From contig CAZIUK010000001.1 of assembly GCA_964542785.1 (NCBI GenBank), forward strand, positions 261,115 through 325,114: a DNA stretch of 64,000 nt. Reading direction: 5' to 3'. Each line of letters starts with the position of its first letter. Position 1 is the stretch's first letter. The notes beneath the pieces are model-generated. The model searched no databases. It was not told the DNA's origin and saw only the letters and a list, made by a program, of their open reading frames with translations. Below, one piece after another: positions 39,804 to 48,871 of this stretch. The stretch is from an uncultured Planctomycetales bacterium (GTDB lineage: Bacteria > Omnitrophota > Gorgyraeia > Gygaellales > Profunditerraquicolaceae). The position numbers and the translations under genes are program-made.

Positions 39804-40844
39804 ATGGATATTAAGGCTATAAGTTATAAAAAAGGTAAAGTTAAAATTATTGACCAGTCTTTACTGCCGGAAAGAATAAAGTATGTATACCTTGATAATC
39901 TTAAAGATTTAAGTAGGGCAGTAAAGGAGCTTCGCGTGCGCGGCGTTCCTGCCTTAGGTGCAGCAGGGGCATTAGGCGTATACCTTGGAGTAAAAGATTT
40001 TGAAGGGCTTGACCTAAAAAAATTTAAATTTAAGTTAAAGCGTGTAGCTAAACATATTTTGCTTCTTAGGCCTACGGCCAAGAATCTTTCTTGGGGAGTA
40101 GAAAGGGCTTATCTTGCCGGGTTAAAAGTAAAAAGCCGTAATCTTAATGATATTAAAGAGGCAATCTTAGAAGAGGCCCTTAGGGTAATTGCAGATGACC
40201 GTAGGTCTTGCGAAAGCATAGGCATAAACGGAGCGGATTTGATTAAAGATAAAAGTGCTATCCTTACTATTTGTAATGCTGGAAGTTTGGCTACCTGCGC
40301 AGAGGGGACAGCCTTAAGTGTATTGTACGCTGCAAAGAAGAGGGGTAAGGTTTTTAAAGTTTACGCTTCTGAGACCCGGCCACTTCTTCAGGGTAGCAGG
40401 CTTACATCATGGGAGTTAATGAATAACGGCATAGATACGGTTATTATCTGCGATAATACCGCAGGCGCATTGTTAAAGGAAGGTAAGGTAAGCTCTGTTA
40501 TTGTCGGAGCAGATAGGATAGCCTTAAATGGAGATATGGCTAATAAGATAGGAACTTACAACCTTGCGCTATTATGCAAGCATCATAAGGTGCCTTTTTA
40601 TGTGGCCGCCCCTTTATCGACATTTGATTTATCTTTAAAAAACGGCAGGAGTATTCTTATAGAGCAGCGGGATAACAGAGAGGTAAGCACCCTACTATTT
40701 AAAAGAAAGGTTGCTCCTAAAGGCATTAAGGTTTTTAACCCGGCTTTCGATATTACGGATAGCTCTTTTATTACCGCAATTATTACTGATAAGGGGATTA
40801 TCAGAAATCCGTATAGAAAAAATATTAAAAAAATCCTATGCTGA
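39804..40844 (+). CDS. eIF-2B alpha/beta/delta-like protein / S-methyl-5-thioribose-1-phosphate isomerase family
   Basis: MtnA/e2B2-family length and motifs (GADRIA.NGD.ANKIGT). Confidence 0.7.
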   Translation: MDIKAISYKKGKVKIIDQSLLPERIKYVYLDNLKDLSRAVKELRVRGVPALGAAGALGVYLGVKDFEGLDLKKFKFKLKRVAKHILLLRPTAKNLSWGVERAYLAGLKVKSRNLNDIKEAILEEALRVIADDRRSCESIGINGADLIKDKSAILTICNAGSLATCAEGTALSVLYAAKKRGKVFKVYASETRPLLQGSRLTSWELMNNGIDTVIICDNTAGALLKEGKVSSVIVGADRIALNGDMANKIGTYNLALLCKHHKVPFYVAAPLSTFDLSLKNGRSILIEQRDNREVSTLLFKRKVAPKGIKVFNPAFDITDSSFITAIITDKGIIRNPYRKNIKKILC

Positions 40845-41734
40845 TTAAAGGTTTCGGGGAGTTTAGGTTAATTGAAAGGCTTAAAAGAGGGATTAAGCTT
40901 GATTCAGAGGTAATCTTAGGGCCAGGGGATGATTGTGCTGTTATTAAGTTTGACAAGGAGAGTTTGCAGCTTTTTACCTGCGATATGATAGTAGAAGGGG
41001 TTGATTTTACCTTAAAAGACAAGCCTTATCTTATTGGCAGAAAGGCCGTAGCTTCTTCTATAAGCGATATATCTGCTTGTTTAGGCTTGCCAAGGCATTG
41101 CTTGATCTCTTTAGGGCTCCCTAAGGCAACTTCGCTAAAGTTTGTTGACTTACTTTTTAAGGGTATTCGGGATATTTGCAGAGAGTATAAGATTAATATT
41201 ATCGGAGGGGATTTAAGCTCAAGTAACAAGATAGTTATAAATGTCAGCATGTTTGGGCTGGTTAAAAAGGGCAATCTTGTTTTAAGGAGCGGAGCTAAAT
41301 TAAGAGATTTAATATTTGTTACCGGAAGTTTAGGAGGTTCTATTAAAGGTAAGCATCTTAATTTTATTCCGAGGGTAAAGGAATCTTTATTTTTAAGCAA
41401 AAATTTTAAAATAAACTCAATGATAGATATATCTGATGGGTTAGCTCAAGACTTAAGGCATATATTAAACCAAAGCAATAAAGGGGCTTTTATCTATGAA
41501 GGGCTGGTGCCTCTTAGTAAGCAGGCCAGGGGCCTAAATGATGCTTTAACTAGCGGAGAGGAGTTTGAGCTTCTCTTTACTCTTAGCCAGAGAGAGGCGA
41601 GGAGGCTGATTAAAGCCAAGGATGGAAGGTTTAATTTAATCGGAGAGGTAGTAGATAAAAAATATGGTTTTAAATTAATCTATAATTCGGGTAAAATAAA
41701 AGACTTAAAACAGGAGGGTTTTTCGCATTTCTAA
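40838..41734 (+). CDS. thiL: thiamine-monophosphate kinase
   Basis: AIR-synthase-related fold; GPGDDCAVI motif. Confidence 0.78.
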   Translation: MLIKGFGEFRLIERLKRGIKLDSEVILGPGDDCAVIKFDKESLQLFTCDMIVEGVDFTLKDKPYLIGRKAVASSISDISACLGLPRHCLISLGLPKATSLKFVDLLFKGIRDICREYKINIIGGDLSSSNKIVINVSMFGLVKKGNLVLRSGAKLRDLIFVTGSLGGSIKGKHLNFIPRVKESLFLSKNFKINSMIDISDGLAQDLRHILNQSNKGAFIYEGLVPLSKQARGLNDALTSGEEFELLFTLSQREARRLIKAKDGRFNLIGEVVDKKYGFKLIYNSGKIKDLKQEGFSHF

Positions 41735-41735
41735 T

Positions 41736-42203
41736 ATGCAAATTATTTCTTATTCGGCTAAGGAGACTATTTCTGTCGGTAGGGTTATTGCTAGATATTT
41801 AAGGCCTAAGGATATAATTGCTTTAAGCGGCAGGTTAGGTTCTGGAAAAACTGTCCTTGCTAAAGGCATAGCCTTAGGGCTAAAGATACCTGTTGCTTCT
41901 TTAACAAGTTCTTCGTTTGTGATTATAAAACCGCATCTTTCAGGAAGGTTACCCTTTTATCATTTTGACTTCTATCGTTTAGGTTCATCAGATATACTGG
42001 GTTTAGGATATGAGGAATATTTTTACGGAGAGGGTGTAAGCGTTGTTGAATGGCCAGAGAGGATGGGATCTTTTTTCCCTAAAGAATACCTTAAGATAGA
42101 GTTGCGTTATCAGGCAGAGTGCGAAAGAAAGCTTAAATTTACCCCCCAAGGAGAGCGTTACAATGAACTTATTAAAAAAATCTATGAGAATATTAGCGTT
42201 TGA
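41736..42203 (+). CDS. tsaE: tRNA t6A biosynthesis ATPase TsaE
   Basis: P-loop SGRLGSGKT. Confidence 0.82.
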   Translation: MQIISYSAKETISVGRVIARYLRPKDIIALSGRLGSGKTVLAKGIALGLKIPVASLTSSSFVIIKPHLSGRLPFYHFDFYRLGSSDILGLGYEEYFYGEGVSVVEWPERMGSFFPKEYLKIELRYQAECERKLKFTPQGERYNELIKKIYENISV

Positions 42204-42855
42204 TACAACAACGCCGTTTTTTAGCTTAGCGATATACGATAATGGCAAGGTTTATGAGTATAACCTTAAAACAGGAGTTAGACTTTCTAAGTTGCTAGCC
42301 CCTATAGTTAAAAGTTGCCTTGACGCCTTGGGCTTGAAACCTTTAGATATAGATTATTTTGCTGTAGGCGCAGGCCCCGGATCTTTTACCGGTATTCGTT
42401 TAGGTTTAAGTTTTATTAAAGGGTTTGGCCTTGCCTTAAAAAAGCCGTTAATCTCATTTTCAACCTTAGATATCATGGCGTTAAATTGCCTATTAGTGGA
42501 TAAGAAGATAATACCTGCTATTGATGCTAAGCGCGCTTTAATCTATACTTGTGAATATAAATATAGAAAAGGAAAGATTAGACGCTTTAGCCCTTATTTA
42601 TTAATAGAGTTAAAAGATTTCTTAAAACGAATAACTTCTCCTAGCGTTGTTTTCGGGGATGCGCTTTATCTTTACAAGGACGAGATTCTCAAGAAGAGGA
42701 ATAATGTATCTTTTTTAGATAGGGATTTATGGTATCCTAAGGCGCATAATATAATTACTTTGGTTCTGGAAAGAATATCTAAAGAAAAAAAGAGGAGCAA
42801 TCATTCTGTAAAACCTATTTACCTTTACCCAAATGATTGCCAAGTTAAAAGATGA
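42163..42855 (+). CDS. tsaB: tRNA t6A biosynthesis protein TsaB (YeaZ)
   Basis: ILAFDTTTPFFSLAI N-terminus. Conserved position after tsaE. Confidence 0.8.
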   Translation: MNLLKKSMRILAFDTTTPFFSLAIYDNGKVYEYNLKTGVRLSKLLAPIVKSCLDALGLKPLDIDYFAVGAGPGSFTGIRLGLSFIKGFGLALKKPLISFSTLDIMALNCLLVDKKIIPAIDAKRALIYTCEYKYRKGKIRRFSPYLLIELKDFLKRITSPSVVFGDALYLYKDEILKKRNNVSFLDRDLWYPKAHNIITLVLERISKEKKRSNHSVKPIYLYPNDCQVKR

Positions 42856-43976
42856 TACGAAATAATTATCTTGGATATCGCCCTACCTGGGCAGAGGTTG
42901 ATTTAGCTAACCTTGAGCATAACTTTCTTGAAATAAAGAAAAGATGCGGGGTTAATACTAAAATCATGATAACGGTTAAGGCGGATGCCTACGGCCACGG
43001 CTTAATCCCCATATCTAAGAGGCTTGAGCGTTGCGGAGTTGATTTCTTTGGCGTAGCCTCAATTGATGAAGGGATAGAGCTGAGGCGGTCAGGGATAAAA
43101 AATGATATCTTAATCTTAGGGCTTATCTTAAAGAAAGATATACTGCCGCTTTTTAAATATAATCTTTTTCCCACTATTTGCGATTGGGGCATGCCTGAAG
43201 TATTAAGTAGTAAGGCAAGGTTTTTTAAGAAGCGTATCGGGGTTCATATAAAAGTTGATACAGGTATGGGCAGGATAGGCATGCATTACCATGATGCGTA
43301 TAAGCTTATAGAAAAGATAAGTAGGCTTAAAGGCATTGATATAAGGGGCATATTTACTCACTTATCTTGCGCTGACTTAAATAAAAAGTTTACCTTTTGC
43401 CAGATTGGCTTACTTGATAAACTTGTTAAAGGTTTAAGTAGGAGGGGGATAAAGATACCATTGGTACATGCTGCTAATAGCATAGGCTTTATTAATTATA
43501 AGGATAGCCATTTTAATATGGTTCGTCCTGGGCTTATTATTTACGGCTTGTCTCCTAAAGGGGGCTTGAAGGTAAAGTTAAAACCGGTCTTAAGCCTTAA
43601 GACAAAGGTAGTTTTCGTTAAGAGGGTTCCTAAGGGGATTGGTATAAGCTACGGGCACTCTTACATTACCCAGAAAGCTACAAGGATTGCCACGTTGCCT
43701 ATTGGGTATGGAGATGGGTATCCGCGTAATCTTTCTAATAAGGCAGAGGTTTTGATTAAAAAGAGAAGATTTAGGATTGTAGGTAGAATATGTATGGATC
43801 AGTTGATGGTTGAAGTAGGGAATTCTAATATAAATGTTGGGGATGAGGTTGTTTTGATTGGCTCTCAAGGAAAAGAAACTATTACCGCAGAGGAGTTGGC
43901 CCTAAAATCAAAGACTATCTCTTATGAAATCGTATGTGGTTTAGGGAGCCGTATTCCTAGGATATATAAAAATTAA
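42852..43976 (+). CDS. alr: alanine racemase
   Basis: PLP-Lys motif VKADAYGHG. Confidence 0.9.
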   Translation: MIRNNYLGYRPTWAEVDLANLEHNFLEIKKRCGVNTKIMITVKADAYGHGLIPISKRLERCGVDFFGVASIDEGIELRRSGIKNDILILGLILKKDILPLFKYNLFPTICDWGMPEVLSSKARFFKKRIGVHIKVDTGMGRIGMHYHDAYKLIEKISRLKGIDIRGIFTHLSCADLNKKFTFCQIGLLDKLVKGLSRRGIKIPLVHAANSIGFINYKDSHFNMVRPGLIIYGLSPKGGLKVKLKPVLSLKTKVVFVKRVPKGIGISYGHSYITQKATRIATLPIGYGDGYPRNLSNKAEVLIKKRRFRIVGRICMDQLMVEVGNSNINVGDEVVLIGSQGKETITAEELALKSKTISYEIVCGLGSRIPRIYKN

Positions 43977-45073
43977 GGCAGACGATTTATAGCTATTAAA
44001 CTAAAGGTAAGAGCGCAGATATGACTTAATGAGACGGCTAAGAGAGGGGGAAATGCCCCTGAACGGCCTACGGCTATAAATATAGCATCAATTATATAAT
44101 ACAAGAAACCTACCATAATTGAGATCCCAATAGAAGATAACCCCGTAGCTTTCTTATGCATCATCAATGAAAAGGGTATTCCTAAGAGAATTATGATCAG
44201 GCTGGTAAAGGGAGTTGTAAATTTTTGATAGAGGTCTATTTTCAAATTTCTTATTACATTTGTCGCTCCGCTTTTGGATAATTTCCAGATATAAGAGTCA
44301 AGTTGTCCTATGGTCATTGATTCAGGTTTTTGCCTTTGGGCAAGAAAATCCTTAGGCGTTTCGGGTATGGCCATTATCTCTTCTTCTAGGTAGAGCGGTT
44401 CGTCTATAATTTGGCCGTTAATATCAAAATCATAGGTGATAGAATTGTAGAACTTCCATAGATTGTCCTCATAGGCCCCTTTTCTGGCAACAATTTTTTT
44501 TGTCAAGTTTTGTTTTTCATCTTGCTCAAGTATGGTTATTCCTTCCATGGTTTGAGTATCCTCATAGAATTTAGTTATAAAGAATAGCCTGTTTTTAAGC
44601 CCGTACATAGAGAGGTTATTTATAACTTCATTTTTTTTATCCGGACTTTTTTTTACCCCTTCTTCCATTTGAACCTTTATCCTTTGGGTAGTGTCCATTG
44701 CCTGCGGAGTCAGGCGATCATTTACAAGAAAGACGCAGAGACTTATTAATGCACCGAAGATTAAGGTAGTCTTAGTGATATAGAATATACTTAGCCCCGA
44801 AGCACGCATAGCGATAATTTCATTATTATGGTTTAATTTGCTAAAGGTGTATAAGGAGCTTAAAAGGCAGGCAAAGGGGGATATCTGGCTAAACATTAAC
44901 GGAAGGCTCCATAAGTAATACTGGGTTAAGAGCATAAAGTGAGTTTTGTTTTTTAATATGTCGTCTAAATGGGAGAGCAGGTCTATAACTACGTATAGAA
45001 AGAGAAATAAAAAGATGCAGAGAATGAATATCGTTGCTACTGATTTTAATATATATTTATCTAAGATACGCAT
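43973..45073 (-). CDS. lptG: LPS export ABC permease (LptG/LptF family)
   Basis: YjgP/YjgQ topology; N-terminus MRILDKYILKS. Start trimmed to Met 75 of the track ORF, which overlaps the stop of the upstream gene. Confidence 0.75.
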   Translation of the reverse strand: MRILDKYILKSVATIFILCIFLFLFLYVVIDLLSHLDDILKNKTHFMLLTQYYLWSLPLMFSQISPFACLLSSLYTFSKLNHNNEIIAMRASGLSIFYITKTTLIFGALISLCVFLVNDRLTPQAMDTTQRIKVQMEEGVKKSPDKKNEVINNLSMYGLKNRLFFITKFYEDTQTMEGITILEQDEKQNLTKKIVARKGAYEDNLWKFYNSITYDFDINGQIIDEPLYLEEEIMAIPETPKDFLAQRQKPESMTIGQLDSYIWKLSKSGATNVIRNLKIDLYQKFTTPFTSLIIILLGIPFSLMMHKKATGLSSIGISIMVGFLYYIIDAIFIAVGRSGAFPPLLAVSLSHICALTFSLIAINRLP

Positions 45074-46167
45074 AAGCGTGTAGTTAAGTATGCTCCTAAT
45101 GAGCCAAAGATAATATTTGGTATCCACATTGCAAATGCCGGATTTAAGTGTCCCTGTATGCCTAATGCCTCGCAGGCAATGAAGAGTGGATAGTATATTA
45201 CGATAATAAGTATAGAGATTCCTATATTTATAGATTTTTCCCTGCGCCGGGTAATAACGGCAAGGGGCAACCCCATAAGGATAAAAATTAAACAAGAGAA
45301 GGCGAGAGTAAGCTTTTCGTGTATCTGAGTAATCAGAGGAGCAGGGTCTATATCTTTTTTACGCAGTTTTTTTATCTCTTGGTTTAATTCTTTTATAGTC
45401 ATCTCTTTGTATTTTTTCTCTATTTTTTCTTTATTTTTAGCATCCGCTAAGTTGAGGTTCATGAAGTAAGTTTTAAAGTTAAGTTTATAGAAATTAAGCG
45501 GATTGTTCGGATCAGGTTCATCGGAAGTGCCGTCCATTAGTTTTAGTTTTACCATATTTTCTTCGGGAATAGCGATGAATTCACCGCTTTTGGCGATAAT
45601 AGTACGGGTAGGCTTATTGTCTCCTTGTGGTTCGTAGATGCGTACGTTCATTAGCCTGTTGTTCTTTTGGTCTATTTTATAGATAAAAAGTATGTATCTT
45701 TGGAAAGAGTTGATGAAGACTCCTTCTTCAAAAGCGGCTGTCGGATTCTTCATTCCTATTTCTATTAAGGTTTTACGATACTCATAATGAGCGAAAGAGG
45801 CAGCGCGGTCATTAAATACCACAAGCCCTAAGCTGATTATTAACCCTATGGTTAGTATCGGTAGGATTAGTCTGAAGATATTTATTCCACTTGCTCTTAT
45901 AGCTATAATTTCATTGTCACTTGAAAGCCTACCTAAAGAAATAAGTATTGCTACAAGTACAGATATGGGTAGGGCGTAAGTTACGATATAAGGAGTAAGG
46001 AGTATAAAAACTTTAGTTACGCTGAATATATCAACCCCTTTATTAATAACTAAATCTGCTATTTTCTTTAAGTTTCCTACTACTATCATAATGAAGCTTA
46101 AGGACGTAAGGGTAAGTAAAAACGGCCCGGTGAATTCTTTTATAAGGTAGTTACGGAGTATTCGCAT
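45061..46167 (-). CDS. lptF: LPS export ABC permease (LptF/LptG family)
   Basis: N-terminus MRILRNYLIKEFTGPF; six TM helices with a large periplasmic loop. Confidence 0.75.
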   Translation of the reverse strand: MRILRNYLIKEFTGPFLLTLTSLSFIMIVVGNLKKIADLVINKGVDIFSVTKVFILLTPYIVTYALPISVLVAILISLGRLSSDNEIIAIRASGINIFRLILPILTIGLIISLGLVVFNDRAASFAHYEYRKTLIEIGMKNPTAAFEEGVFINSFQRYILFIYKIDQKNNRLMNVRIYEPQGDNKPTRTIIAKSGEFIAIPEENMVKLKLMDGTSDEPDPNNPLNFYKLNFKTYFMNLNLADAKNKEKIEKKYKEMTIKELNQEIKKLRKKDIDPAPLITQIHEKLTLAFSCLIFILMGLPLAVITRRREKSINIGISILIIVIYYPLFIACEALGIQGHLNPAFAMWIPNIIFGSLGAYLTTRLCVS

Positions 46168-46170
46168 CTA

Positions 46171-46929
46171 TTAGTTGGCTAAGGTTAGAACAAAGACGGC
46201 CTGAGCACCCGCATTTTTTAAAACCAGCGCAGCCTCGGATGCGGTTGCGCCCGTTGTCAGGACATCGTCTATTAATAAAAGGTTACAATTTCTTAAGTTA
46301 TAGTTTTTTGCCACAGAAAAACTACCTACTACATTTAACCTGCGTTCTTTATCTTTTAGTCCGACTTGAGCCTTGGTGTTGCGTCTGCGTAGAAGTATAT
46401 CAGAGGAAAACTTTTTGTTAAATTCTTTTGCAATATAAGAGCTTAGTCTTTCTGCTTGGTTAAATTCTCTTTCGCGTAGTTTTGTTTTATGTAAAGGTAC
46501 AGGTATTATAAAATCAAAGTATTCAATCGGCAGGCTGTATTCGCGGATAAAATCTATCATTATTTTACTTAGGGGTTTAGCAAGGGATTCTTTGCCTTTA
46601 TACTTAAATTCATGGATTAATTTTGTAGTTATCCCTTCGTATATGCAGGCAGAGAAGGCGCGGTCAAAGTATAAGCGTTTCCCTGCGCATCCGGGACAGA
46701 TATTCTTGTTAAAGTTATTTTTTTCAAGATGCCTTCCGCAGGATACACAAAATGGAGGCAGATTCATCTTTATTCCCAAGTAGCATCCCTTGCATATTAA
46801 TTCTTCGTCGGATTCATTTAGTTTTTTCTTACATGAAGAGCAAACCTTAGGAAATAAAATTTCTTTTAATCCCTGCAATAAGCCCCGCAACATGAAAAAT
46901 ATCATAACAACTAATTTACCCTTTGTCAA
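46171..46929 (-). CDS. comF: ComF-family protein (double zinc ribbon + phosphoribosyltransferase domain)
   Basis: CSSC...CKGC...CVSC...CPGC, then the PRTase motif LLLIDDVLTTGAT. Confidence 0.78.
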   Translation of the reverse strand: MTKGKLVVMIFFMLRGLLQGLKEILFPKVCSSCKKKLNESDEELICKGCYLGIKMNLPPFCVSCGRHLEKNNFNKNICPGCAGKRLYFDRAFSACIYEGITTKLIHEFKYKGKESLAKPLSKIMIDFIREYSLPIEYFDFIIPVPLHKTKLREREFNQAERLSSYIAKEFNKKFSSDILLRRRNTKAQVGLKDKERRLNVVGSFSVAKNYNLRNCNLLLIDDVLTTGATASEAALVLKNAGAQAVFVLTLAN

Positions 46930-47009
46930 TCAATATAGGGGACGGTTCTTCATCTGGCAATCATCTATATAGCAATAAGTTATAGTAAGAGCAAAATAAA
47001 TGCTCTCTA

Positions 47010-47038
47010 TTGACAGGGTAGGGTTTGAATAGTAAAAT
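47010..47038 (+). promoter_or_regulatory. sigma-70-like promoter for pyrE, probably producing a leaderless or near-leaderless mRNA
   Basis: TTGACA (47010-47015), 17-nt spacer, TAAAAT (47033-47038); the ATG at 47045 is 7 nt downstream with no Shine-Dalgarno. Confidence 0.35.
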
Positions 47039-47044
47039 ATTTGC

Positions 47045-47605
47045 ATGTTAAAAGAAGGTTTATCGGAATTAAAGAAAAGGTTGCTTAAATTACTTGATGA
47101 GAAAGCCCTTAAGCGCGGAGATTTTACCCTTTCAAGCGGGAAGAAGAGTAGCTATTATTTAGACGGTAGGATAATTACCTTAACCCCTGAAGGTGCCTAT
47201 CTTGTTGCTAATATAATATTAGAATTATTTCAAGGCGGAGGCATAACTGCTATAGGTGGTCCTACCTTAGGAGCAGACCCCATAGTCGGAGCTGTGGCAG
47301 TTGCAAGCTATATTAAGGGGGTAGATTTAAAGACATTTATCGTAAGAAAGTCCTTAAAAGAGCACGGAGCTATGCGTCAAATAGAAGGGCCTAAGCTTAA
47401 TAAAGATGATAGAGTGCTTTTGGTAGATGATGTTGCAACCACAGGAAAGGCCTTAATAGAAGCCAAGGTTGTCTTGCAGAAAGAAGGAATATTTTGTGAT
47501 TCTGCTGTGGTAATTGTAGATAGGTGTGAAGGTGCTTTAGAGAATTTAGCTAAGGCAGGACTTAAACTTAGTTCTATATATACAATTAAGGATTTTGGTT
47601 TTTAG
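47045..47605 (+). CDS. pyrE: orotate phosphoribosyltransferase
   Basis: GDFTLSSGKKSSYYLD and PRTase motif LLVDDVATTG. Confidence 0.88.
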   Translation: MLKEGLSELKKRLLKLLDEKALKRGDFTLSSGKKSSYYLDGRIITLTPEGAYLVANIILELFQGGGITAIGGPTLGADPIVGAVAVASYIKGVDLKTFIVRKSLKEHGAMRQIEGPKLNKDDRVLLVDDVATTGKALIEAKVVLQKEGIFCDSAVVIVDRCEGALENLAKAGLKLSSIYTIKDFGF

Positions 47606-47613
47606 GTATTCTT

Positions 47614-48858
47614 GTGCATAATAAGAGAATAGCGGTTATCGGAGCAGGCCCTTCAGGGATGATGGCAGCAATAAGGGCTGGCCAGTTGAATCAAGAAGTT
47701 ACCCTCTTTGAAAGAAATATCCAACCTGGTAAAAAACTCCTCTTAAGCGGCAAGGGCAGGTGTAATATTACCAACGCTTTAGCTTTAGAGGATTTTCTTA
47801 AACACTTTTCTAATAATGGCAATTTCTTAAGGGATGCTTTCAAGAAATTTTTTAACACTTGCCTCATAACTTTCTTTGAGGATAGGGGCTTAAAGATGAA
47901 GATAGAAAGGCAGATGCGTGTTTTTCCTGTAACTGATAGCTCAGGAAGTGTCTTGGTTATATTAAAAAAAGAATTATCTAGAAGAGGGGTTAAAATTATT
48001 TATAAAGCCACAGTGAAAGATATTATAATTGAAGATAAAGCCGTTAGAGGGGTTATCTTAGGGGATGGCAAGAGAGAGTTTTTTGATTCGGTAATTATGG
48101 CTACAGGGGGAGCTTCTTATCCTTTTACCGGTTCAGATGGAAGTGGTATAGATATACTAAAGAATAAAGGGCATAGGATTGTTCCTTTAAGGCCTGGGCT
48201 TGTAGCCTTTAAGGTAAAAGAAGAGTACCTTAAGCCTTTAGAGGGCCTTACCCTTAAAAATATCAGGCTTAAGTTTAGCTGTGATAAAAAAGAAGTTATC
48301 TCTGATATCGGAGAGGTACTTTTTACAAAAGATGGAATATCCGGGCCGCTTGTATTTAGTTTAAGCGCAAGGGTGGTTGATTGGCTTAGCGAAGGAAAAA
48401 AAGTTTATCTTGCGATTAACCTTAAACCCGGGCTTACCCCTGAAAAGATAAATAACCGACTTTTAAGGGAATTTAAGTTAGCCCCTAAAAAAAATATTAC
48501 TAATATAATGAAGAATCTTTTGCCTGCTAAGCTGGCAGAATTATTAGTCGTAGTTTCTGGGGTTGATCCTACCAAGAAAGCCAATCAAATTACCTCAGCC
48601 GAAAGGAAGATTTTAACCTCCTTCTTGAATTTGTGGTCTCTGACTATCTTAAGGACGGGTAATATAGAGGAAGGGATGGTCACTAGAGGTGGGGTTTTTT
48701 TAAAAGAGGTTAACCCTAAGACCATGGAGTCTAAACTTATTAAGGGTTTATATCTTTGCGGAGAGATGATTGATATAGATGCTGATACCGGAGGGTTTAA
48801 CTTACAGGCAGCATTTTCAACGGGTTACCTTGCCGGAGAATCAGCGGCTATAAATTAA
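47614..48858 (+). CDS. HI0933/BaiN-family NAD(FAD)-dependent flavoprotein
   Basis: IAVIGAGPSGMMAA...GKGRCNITN N-terminal Rossmann fold. Confidence 0.8.
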   Translation: MHNKRIAVIGAGPSGMMAAIRAGQLNQEVTLFERNIQPGKKLLLSGKGRCNITNALALEDFLKHFSNNGNFLRDAFKKFFNTCLITFFEDRGLKMKIERQMRVFPVTDSSGSVLVILKKELSRRGVKIIYKATVKDIIIEDKAVRGVILGDGKREFFDSVIMATGGASYPFTGSDGSGIDILKNKGHRIVPLRPGLVAFKVKEEYLKPLEGLTLKNIRLKFSCDKKEVISDIGEVLFTKDGISGPLVFSLSARVVDWLSEGKKVYLAINLKPGLTPEKINNRLLREFKLAPKKNITNIMKNLLPAKLAELLVVVSGVDPTKKANQITSAERKILTSFLNLWSLTILRTGNIEEGMVTRGGVFLKEVNPKTMESKLIKGLYLCGEMIDIDADTGGFNLQAAFSTGYLAGESAAIN

Positions 48859-48871
48859 CCTTTGTAGCATT

